A stretch of DNA of 64,000 bases, taken from assembly GCA_963768235.1 (NCBI GenBank), contig CAVYHF010000016.1, positions 7,718 through 71,717 of the forward strand, read 5' to 3'. Source of the stretch: an uncultured Flavobacteriaceae bacterium (lineage in GTDB: Bacteria > Bacteroidota > Bacteroidia > Flavobacteriales > Flavobacteriaceae). Of this stretch, positions 50,377-57,739 are shown piece by piece (within the stretch, counting starts at the first letter, position 1; every line of letters starts with the position of its first letter). Both the position numbers and the translations under genes were made by a program. Below the pieces are notes generated by a model, which was not told the DNA's origin, did not search any database, and saw only the letters and a program-made list of their open reading frames with translations.

Positions 50377-50745
50377 TTAACTAAGTAGTCCAAGTATTTC
50401 TGAAACTATCTTTTTTACTGAAAATGGCTTGGTTAAATATTTATCAACTCCAAGTTTTAAGCCTTTTTCAATATCTGAAACTTTATTTTTAGCTGTTAAG
50501 AACACGACCTTGGTGTTCTTTAGCATTTCACTGTTCTTTATGTGTTCTAATGTTTGGTAACCATCCACATTGGGCATCATTATATCCAATAAAACAACGT
50601 CAGGTACATTGCTTTGTAAAATATGTAATGCCTCGCTACCATCTCTCGCAATATATACTTCAAAATCCTGTTTTTTGAACGCATATTCCAAAGTCATTAC
50701 AATATTTGGTTCGTCATCGACGATCAATATTTTTTTCATTGCCAA
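50377..50745 (-). CDS. stand-alone receiver (CheY-like) response regulator, no output domain
   Basis: 122 aa. Acidic pocket VDDE, phospho-acceptor LLDIMMP, FLTAK and TKPF motifs. The protein ends right after the receiver fold. Confidence 0.9.
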   Translation of the reverse strand: MAMKKILIVDDEPNIVMTLEYAFKKQDFEVYIARDGSEALHILQSNVPDVVLLDIMMPNVDGYQTLEHIKNSEMLKNTKVVFLTAKNKVSDIEKGLKLGVDKYLTKPFSVKKIVSEILGLLS

Positions 50746-50757
50746 TAGTGATTAAAT

Positions 50758-53448
50758 TTAATTAAAAGGTAGCTTAAAACAAAAGGTTGAGCCAACTTTA
50801 GTGCCTTTTTCCACCCAAATTTTACCATTGTGTTTTTCAATGATTTGTTTACTAATTGCCAAACCTAATCCGCTACCCTGGGGCTTGATTGTATTTTGGT
50901 TTTCTGATTGATAGAATTTATTAAAAATATAATTTATATCCTCGTCAGGAATTCCTTTACCGTTATCTTTCACATAGATTTCGACACAATTATTGCCCAG
51001 TTTATAATCAAGCGTAATTACTCCTTTTTTAGGCTCACAGAATTTAATTGAATTGGATAGTAAATTAGTAAGTACTTGTAGAATTCTATCCTCGTCGTAG
51101 GGCAGTTCAAGTTTGAAACTGTTGTGGTTCACGATCTTGATTTCTTTATTGGCTGCTATGTGCTGGATGTTACCTATTGCTTTTTTTAAGGTTTTTTGAA
51201 TGTTTCTTTTTTTTAAGTTTAGCTGTTGTCTACCTGTAGAAAGCTTCTCGAAATCAAGTATGTTGTTAATCAATCGGGAAAGCCTATCAGAGTCGCTCAC
51301 AATGTTTTCCAGAAATATTTTCTTTAAATCAGATGGCATATCACCATCCTCATCCATCAAAAGTTCAGATGCTGCCCTAATTCCCGTAATTGGCGTTTTC
51401 AATTCATGGGCAATGGTATCCAAAAACTCATCTTTCTGTTTGTCCTTTGTTAGAAGTTTTTCATTTGCATGTTTTAATTGTGATGTAAGGTCTGTAAGTT
51501 CTGCAGATTTTTCCTGAAGCACCTTATTGCTACTGATGGTTTCTTTAGACTCTTCCAATATCTTCAACACTTCAGGTAAACTAATTTCCTGTTCTTTTAC
51601 TACCCCCGCTATTAGTATTTTAGCTGATGCACCACCAATACTACCCGTCAATAGTTTTTCGGAAAAATTAATCAAACGGGCATCGGCCATTTGAGTATCA
51701 TTGTTGATATTATATTTCCTAAAGAATAGGTTCAACGCACGTTGTGTTCTAGCTTCTCCCAAAAATTTGGTCAATACATTTTTAATATCCGCCACATAAG
51801 CTTCCCCTTTCCAAACAAGGGCGTTATCTTGTAAAGAGGAAAAGTTCTTACTATCAACGAACATTTCGGCATAATTACGCTCTCTGTAATGACCTTTAAA
51901 GGCTAAGGAAATGATCATATAGCAAAAGACGTTTACCAGGATACTCCAGAAAAATGCATGAGCGGCAGGAGTTAAAAAATCTAATCCGAAAAGCCCATAA
52001 GGTTTTAATGCAGTAATTCCGAACAAGCCGAAATCGGTAAAATCACTTGATCCGGTAAATGCCTCGATGGTAAATGGTAGTATTAGCGTATAAGTGGAAA
52101 TTAAAAATCCAACTATAATCCCGATAATTGATGCCAATGATGAACCACGATTCCAAAAAAGGCCAATAAAAAAAGAAGGTGCTAATTGGGCAATTATCAC
52201 AAAAGAAATTAGGCCAATGGAATACAATGACAATTCTATCGAAAAGTTGATATAGAAGATATATGCGAGTATGATAATTGTAAAAATGGAAATTCGTCTT
52301 ATATTCTTGATATAAGAGGCATTTTGCTCAGGTTTGGCTTTAAGGAATTTATCTAAAAATCCATATGGAATAATCAGGTTGTTACTGATCATTTTCGAGA
52401 GGGCCAAGGTTGAAACCACCACCATGGATATCACTGCGGAAAAGCCTCCCAGGAAAACCAGAAGGGCCAAAAAAGTATTGCCGCTATTCAATGGAAGTAA
52501 CAAAGTATAGTATTCTGCATTAACAGTTTCATCAAAAGTCAACTTACCTGCCCAAGCAATAAATATAACGAAGATGTTGAATAAGAATAAATACAACGGG
52601 AATAGCCAAATTGCTTTTTTTAGATGTTTTTCCCTACTATTTTCAATAACTGCTACCTGGAATTGCCTAGGCAATAAAAATATAGCCGTAAATGAAAGCA
52701 TCATTATGAAAAACCAGTTAAAACCACTTTCTAGATCAGGCAGCTTTGACAAGTTATCAAAATTAGCAGTTTTTGAAATTTGCCCATAAATATCCTCGGT
52801 ACCATCAAAGAGATAATAGGTAACATAGACCCCGACAATAAGGAAAAAGGTCAGTTTTAAAATTGATTCGAAAGCTACAGTAGCAACGATTCCTTTATGC
52901 TTTTCGGAAGCATCGGTTGCTTGGGTGCCAAAAAACGTTGCGAAAATCGCCAGAATCAAGGCGATATAAAAGGTGGAATCTTTAAAAATACTTATACCGA
53001 ATTTATGCGGTTCGATGGCCATGATTCCAAAGGTCTCAGCGACTGCTTTTAGTTGTAGGGAGATATAAGGAACCATGGCCGTAAAACATAAAACAGTGAT
53101 CAAGGCACCTAAAAACCTGCTGTTGCCATATCGTAACGATATGAAATCAGCAATAGACGATATCTTATGTCGTTTTGAGATTCGAATGATTTTGCGGAGA
53201 AGGACTATCCATAAAGGAATTGCAATCGCAGGCCCCAAATAAATGGGCAAAAAACCAACCCCGGAATTAGCGGCCATACCCACACTACCATAGTAGGTCC
53301 AAGCGGAGCAATATACTGCCAGTGATAAGGTATAAATATATGGATTATTGACCCATTTGCTTTTTGAATTCTTCTCGGCAATAAAGGCGATATAGAATAA
53401 TATCGCCAAGTAAACTATAATAATAATTATTAAACCATAATTACTCAT
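50758..53448 (-). CDS. sodium:solute symporter (SLC5)-fused sensor histidine kinase with STAC-like linker
   Basis: 896 aa. The N-terminal ~500 aa are a 13-TM SSS-like domain. It has the linker ARLINFSEKLLTGSIGGASAKILIAGV, a coiled coil, H-box IAHELKTP, N-box LLSNSIKF, G-boxes DNGKGIP / GSGLGLAI, and no receiver domain. Confidence 0.9.
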   Translation of the reverse strand: MSNYGLIIIIIVYLAILFYIAFIAEKNSKSKWVNNPYIYTLSLAVYCSAWTYYGSVGMAANSGVGFLPIYLGPAIAIPLWIVLLRKIIRISKRHKISSIADFISLRYGNSRFLGALITVLCFTAMVPYISLQLKAVAETFGIMAIEPHKFGISIFKDSTFYIALILAIFATFFGTQATDASEKHKGIVATVAFESILKLTFFLIVGVYVTYYLFDGTEDIYGQISKTANFDNLSKLPDLESGFNWFFIMMLSFTAIFLLPRQFQVAVIENSREKHLKKAIWLFPLYLFLFNIFVIFIAWAGKLTFDETVNAEYYTLLLPLNSGNTFLALLVFLGGFSAVISMVVVSTLALSKMISNNLIIPYGFLDKFLKAKPEQNASYIKNIRRISIFTIIILAYIFYINFSIELSLYSIGLISFVIIAQLAPSFFIGLFWNRGSSLASIIGIIVGFLISTYTLILPFTIEAFTGSSDFTDFGLFGITALKPYGLFGLDFLTPAAHAFFWSILVNVFCYMIISLAFKGHYRERNYAEMFVDSKNFSSLQDNALVWKGEAYVADIKNVLTKFLGEARTQRALNLFFRKYNINNDTQMADARLINFSEKLLTGSIGGASAKILIAGVVKEQEISLPEVLKILEESKETISSNKVLQEKSAELTDLTSQLKHANEKLLTKDKQKDEFLDTIAHELKTPITGIRAASELLMDEDGDMPSDLKKIFLENIVSDSDRLSRLINNILDFEKLSTGRQQLNLKKRNIQKTLKKAIGNIQHIAANKEIKIVNHNSFKLELPYDEDRILQVLTNLLSNSIKFCEPKKGVITLDYKLGNNCVEIYVKDNGKGIPDEDINYIFNKFYQSENQNTIKPQGSGLGLAISKQIIEKHNGKIWVEKGTKVGSTFCFKLPFN

Positions 53449-53635
53449 AGTATCTTTCTAATATGATATAGGAAATTATAATCGATACCAACCAGATTGA
53501 GAAGACCGCAAAATAAAAAAAAGGAATGCCAAAAATGGAATCATCTATATTGAAAACCAATAATAAAGGCACATTTAAAATCAATAATAGACCTATGGAT
53601 AGGATTATCAATTTTTGTTCGTGACGTTTTTTCAT
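53441..53635 (-). CDS. small two-TM membrane protein translationally coupled to the sensor kinase
   Basis: 64-aa hydrophobic ORF whose stop overlaps the kinase start by 8 nt. It lies immediately downstream of a terminator, so it is the first gene of the operon. Confidence 0.55.
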   Translation of the reverse strand: MKKRHEQKLIILSIGLLLILNVPLLLVFNIDDSIFGIPFFYFAVFSIWLVSIIISYIILERYYE

Positions 53636-53663
53636 TTTAATTGGCTGGTATTATAAATATAAG

Positions 53664-53694
53664 AAAAAAGCAGTACTCCAAAGTGAAGCACTGC
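53664..53694 (-). terminator. intrinsic terminator after actP
   Basis: On the minus-strand RNA, GCAGUGCU / AGUACUGC pairs fully (one G-U) and is followed by U6. On the plus strand the same position would be an A-C mismatch. Confidence 0.65.
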
Positions 53695-53720
53695 CTTATA
53701 CAATTATTAACTAATTTGTC

Positions 53721-55496
53721 TTAATGGTTGCTAGCTTCACCAGCACCACTAGGGATTCTAATGCTTTCAACCATTTCCTGCACATTCTCTGGTGGTGGTG
53801 CGGTCATTCTTGAAACCACCACAGATATGATTATATTGACAATCATTGCAATTGTTCCAAAACCTTCTGGCGATGTGCCAAACCACCATTCACTGGCCGG
53901 TCTAGCATCCATAACACCAATTAATCCGGTTTTATAACGAATCATGTAGAATAACATTAATGTGATACCAACAATCATACCTGCAATTGCCCCTTTGCTA
54001 TTCATTCTTTTATCAAAAATCCCCAAAATAATAGCTGGAAAGAATGATGCGGCAGCAAGACCAAAGGCCAAGGCTACTACCGCGGCGACGAACCCCGGCG
54101 GATATATTCCAAAAATACCTGCAATAATGATCGCAAACAAAATAGCGATACGTGCAGCCAATAATTCTCCCTTTTCAGAAATATTTGGTTTGATTTGCTT
54201 TTTAATCAAATCATGGGATATCGACGTAGAAATCACCAATAATAATCCCGCTGCTGTTGACAAGGCTGCCGCCAAACCGCCCGCTGCAACCAATGCGATT
54301 ACCCAGTTTGGTAAATTAGCGATTTCAGGATTGGCCAATACCATTATATCCCTATCGACATAAAGCTCATTTGATGAACTATTGGCATTTGATATTAGAC
54401 GTTCACCATTTGCTCCACGAGCATCAGTAAATGCCGGTTTTTTTCCTTCTAAAGCACTACCGGCAACATATTGAATTTTTCCATCATTATTCTTATCAGT
54501 CCAAGCAATTAAACCTGTGTCTTCCCAATTTTTAAACCATTGAGGAATTTCCTTATACGTTTTATTATCTACCGTTTCGATTAGGTTTGTTCTTGCAAAG
54601 ACAGCGATTGCAGGTGCAGTTGTGTATAATATAGCAATGAACAATAAAGCCAAACCTGCTGATTTACGTGCATCTTTAACTTTAGGCACTGTAAAGAACC
54701 TAACAATCACATGCGGTAATCCTGCTGTACCTGCCATTAGTGCAAGCGTAATCGCAAAAACATCCCAAGTGGACTTAGTTCCGCTGGTATATTCGTTAAA
54801 GCCTAATTGTGTATGTAATGCATCCAATTTATCCAAAAGAAAAGCTCCACCTTCAAGCTTAGCACCCATACCTATTTGTGGAATGGGATTCCCGGTCATT
54901 TGAAATGAAATAAAAATAGCAGGAACCATAAAAGCAAAAATCAGTACACAATATTGTGCAACTTGGGTATAGGTAATCCCTTTCATTCCTCCTAAAAAAG
55001 CAAATACAAGAACAACGGCCATTCCGATGATAACTCCAATATTGATATCGACTTGTAAGAATTGTGAAAATACAATTCCCACGCCTCTCATTTGTCCTGC
55101 TACGTAAGTAAACGAAACTATCAAGGCACATATAACTGCAACGGTCCTCGCCGTATTCGAATAATATCTATCTCCAATAAAGTCAGGTACTGTAAATTTC
55201 CCGAATTTCCTAAGATAGGGTGCGAGGAGTAGTGCAAGAAGCACATATCCACCGGTCCACCCCATAAGATAAACCGAACCATCATACCCGGCAAAAGAAA
55301 TGATTCCGGCCATAGAGATGAATGATGCGGCACTCATCCAATCTGCTGCGGTGGCCATTCCGTTCGCCAATGGGGATACACCACCACCAGCTACATAAAA
55401 CTCCTTAGTTGATCCCGCTCTAGCCCATATAGCAATTCCAAAATAAAGGGTGAAAGTAATCCCAACTAATATCCAAGTCCATAATTGAACACTCAT
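53721..55496 (-). CDS. actP: cation/acetate-type sodium:solute symporter, large subunit
   Basis: 591-aa SSS-family permease preceded by a DUF4212 small subunit and located next to acs. Substrate assignment is by context. Confidence 0.85.
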   Translation of the reverse strand: MSVQLWTWILVGITFTLYFGIAIWARAGSTKEFYVAGGGVSPLANGMATAADWMSAASFISMAGIISFAGYDGSVYLMGWTGGYVLLALLLAPYLRKFGKFTVPDFIGDRYYSNTARTVAVICALIVSFTYVAGQMRGVGIVFSQFLQVDINIGVIIGMAVVLVFAFLGGMKGITYTQVAQYCVLIFAFMVPAIFISFQMTGNPIPQIGMGAKLEGGAFLLDKLDALHTQLGFNEYTSGTKSTWDVFAITLALMAGTAGLPHVIVRFFTVPKVKDARKSAGLALLFIAILYTTAPAIAVFARTNLIETVDNKTYKEIPQWFKNWEDTGLIAWTDKNNDGKIQYVAGSALEGKKPAFTDARGANGERLISNANSSSNELYVDRDIMVLANPEIANLPNWVIALVAAGGLAAALSTAAGLLLVISTSISHDLIKKQIKPNISEKGELLAARIAILFAIIIAGIFGIYPPGFVAAVVALAFGLAAASFFPAIILGIFDKRMNSKGAIAGMIVGITLMLFYMIRYKTGLIGVMDARPASEWWFGTSPEGFGTIAMIVNIIISVVVSRMTAPPPENVQEMVESIRIPSGAGEASNH

Positions 55497-55526
55497 AAAT
55501 TTTATTATTTTTGGTTAGTTCTTAGA

Positions 55527-55787
55527 TTACTCGTCGTAACCGTATTTTTTATCTAGTTTGTTCATTAATCTCACATAAACGAAGATCAAGATCACGAATA
55601 CATAAATAGAACCTTGTTGTGCAAACCAGAAGCCTAGTTTGAAGCCACCTAAACGTATTTCGTTTAGTGCTTCCCTGAAAAGAATTCCTGCTCCGTATGA
55701 AACAAGGAACCAGATAGAAAGAAGAATAATCAGGTACCTCAAGTTTTCCTTCCAATACGCAGTGGCATTTTTTTGCTTTTCACTCAT
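55527..55787 (-). CDS. DUF4212 putative solute:sodium symporter small subunit
   Basis: 86-aa two-TM protein directly upstream of the symporter. This is the typical small-subunit arrangement. Confidence 0.85.
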   Translation of the reverse strand: MSEKQKNATAYWKENLRYLIILLSIWFLVSYGAGILFREALNEIRLGGFKLGFWFAQQGSIYVFVILIFVYVRLMNKLDKKYGYDE

Positions 55788-55799
55788 AGTTGTTGGTTT

Positions 55800-57020
55800 T
55801 TATAGATAAATCATTGCTTGGAGGGTAAGTGTTCCCACATCTGAACTTCCAAACTTTTGATTTTTGTACTCTAGTGTAAGTTTAGAGTTATGCCCACTAA
55901 GATATGCATTTGCACCGATTCCAAGTATATTCCTATTGTCATCTACAGCATCATAGCTGTTTGAGGCAAATGAAACGTATGGCTGGAATCTGGTTTTCGT
56001 TATATTACCTGCGAATACATATCCTATATGCGAATATACCATACTGCCTGTTCCATATGCACTGAACAGGTAATCGGTGCCATAATCATTACTCTGGTAT
56101 GTGGCATAGGCCGTTAAGGCGCTACCATCGTCTCCAAGCGGAGTATCGTAAAAAGCGTCAATAGCGAAAATTTTGACATCTTGCTGCTCCAGGTTCCCGG
56201 TGGCATCTGCGATGACAGATCCAGCTGGATGAAAAAAGAAACCAGCCCCGACATTGAATATCCTTTCACCTCCTAAGCAAGTGCCATTCTTGTATGGTAA
56301 GAAATTGGATTCTTGATTCAAAAAGTTGAAGTCAAAGTAACCAGCATAAGCTTTTCCAGCATCTTTGGAACCTATCAATCGTTTACCGGCATAGACTGCA
56401 GGGCCACCATTTTCAGGTGTTCTTGTGTCTAGACTATTTGTTATTGCGTCATTGATTGCTATGCGATATTGAAGTTTACCAAAATTACCCTTGGCGAAAA
56501 TACCCAAATGTCTAGCAAACTGATCTGATAGGCCGAGCGTAGACCATGACTGTCTATTGTTGTCCAAAGTCATGAAGTTCAATGTACTTTGATTGTTCAA
56601 TCTTGAAATTCCATTGTAATAATGCAATCCGCCACCAACAACATGGTCTTTGCCCACATTGTACTGTGCCCACGCGCCATGAAAGAATAATTGGGAGCCT
56701 TCTCCTTTGCCAACCGGTGAAAGTGTCTCACTATTAAGACTATTGAGTCCAAAGTGGGTCAAAATCATAAATTTTTTGTTGATTTGTGCAAACATCAGTA
56801 CTCTTGCCCGGCGCAGATTAAAACTGGTATTGCTCACATCATCAGGTACATCACCATTGTAGGTGCCCTGGACCTGAGCCCATGAAATTATTCGTAGGTA
56901 TTTATCTCCATTTTCATCGAACTTCATTTTAAAACCACCATTATAATCTGGTGACCCTTGTGAATACATAAGCTGAAAAGAGCAAAACACCCCTAACAGT
57001 AGCATAAATTGTCTCTTCAT
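55800..57020 (-). CDS. outer-membrane porin-like beta-barrel protein
   Basis: Signal peptide MKRQFMLLLGVFCSFQLMYSQ (start at 57020; ORF open to 57092). Alternating Gly/aromatic-rich beta-strand pattern throughout. First gene of the DUF4212-actP operon. Confidence 0.65.
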   Translation of the reverse strand: MKRQFMLLLGVFCSFQLMYSQGSPDYNGGFKMKFDENGDKYLRIISWAQVQGTYNGDVPDDVSNTSFNLRRARVLMFAQINKKFMILTHFGLNSLNSETLSPVGKGEGSQLFFHGAWAQYNVGKDHVVGGGLHYYNGISRLNNQSTLNFMTLDNNRQSWSTLGLSDQFARHLGIFAKGNFGKLQYRIAINDAITNSLDTRTPENGGPAVYAGKRLIGSKDAGKAYAGYFDFNFLNQESNFLPYKNGTCLGGERIFNVGAGFFFHPAGSVIADATGNLEQQDVKIFAIDAFYDTPLGDDGSALTAYATYQSNDYGTDYLFSAYGTGSMVYSHIGYVFAGNITKTRFQPYVSFASNSYDAVDDNRNILGIGANAYLSGHNSKLTLEYKNQKFGSSDVGTLTLQAMIYL

Positions 57021-57047
57021 AAGTTTTAAGGGTTTAGTTCGTAACAA

Positions 57048-57062
57048 ATTGGTTTTGTGTGC
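57048..57062 (-). promoter_or_regulatory. 15-mer GCACACAAAACCAAT 31 nt upstream of the porin ATG
   Basis: Exact repeat of 50360-50374 and related to GCACAAAAC upstream of acs. The downstream leaders also share GTwrGAAC and TAAAAAC-like blocks. Confidence 0.4.
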
Positions 57063-57129
57063 TTTGCGAAGCTCTCTAAAAGAATGCATCAATAAAAAAA
57101 CAATATATATATATGTTAATTAAATATAG

Positions 57130-57549
57130 TTAATCTCTAAAACGTTCCCATTTTATAAGCATAAATTTATCCCCAAGCTCCGTTATGACGACACCTGCGC
57201 CTGATAAGTTCCTGGTATCTTGAAAGTAAGATGAGAGTTCGTTTGCATTGAAAATCTTGTATGTAGGGTGATAATCAGGATTATATGGCCTTTTGATATT
57301 GTACTTTTTGACCCAGTTCAGGATGCTCACGTGTGAAATACCCAAAATACGTTCTATTTCACGATACGATAACCCCTCTAAATATAGCTGTAGTGCTTTG
57401 TTTACATAGTATTGGTCAATGCTCTTGCCAATTTTGTTTACAGAGAAGAAATAATTACATGATTTGCATTTATAACGCTGTCTTTCATTAATGATTCCGC
57501 TCTTTACAAATTGTTCAGAACCACAATTGGGACATTCATTGATTTTCAT
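57130..57549 (-). CDS. InsA-like zinc-ribbon plus helix-turn-helix protein (orphan, no transposase partner)
   Basis: CPNCGS...CKSC zinc ribbon followed by the HTH LSYREIERILGISHVSILNWVKKY, as in IS1 InsA, plus a ~60-aa extra C-terminal domain. No DDE ORF is nearby. Confidence 0.65.
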   Translation of the reverse strand: MKINECPNCGSEQFVKSGIINERQRYKCKSCNYFFSVNKIGKSIDQYYVNKALQLYLEGLSYREIERILGISHVSILNWVKKYNIKRPYNPDYHPTYKIFNANELSSYFQDTRNLSGAGVVITELGDKFMLIKWERFRD

Positions 57550-57601
57550 ATATATTAATTTAGCATAAATATAGTAAATTAGCAATAAAGTGACAATTGT
57601 T

Positions 57602-57636
57602 TGTATTATTGAGCCTGAATTATGTGTATTATTGAG
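57602..57636 (+). repeat. 12-bp perfect direct repeat TGTATTATTGAG x2, 23-bp period
   Basis: Read directly in the spacer between the InsA-like gene and the DUF294 gene. Confidence 0.45.
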
Positions 57637-57739
57637 TTGGAAAGTAATTCTTTAAACTTATTTCCTTTAAGATTGGTTATTTATGAATTATATGACAACA
57701 TTCAGGTTTTAACCTGCCTTCAATACTTAATTTTATAGT

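Noticed and set aside
57093-57640. Possible IS element around the InsA-like gene. AT-rich near-repeats ATATAT..TTAATT..AAATATAGT lie on both sides.
   Set aside because: There is no DDE transposase ORF and no clean terminal inverted repeats. The flanking similarity is short, gapped and low-complexity AT sequence, so it was not called a mobile element.
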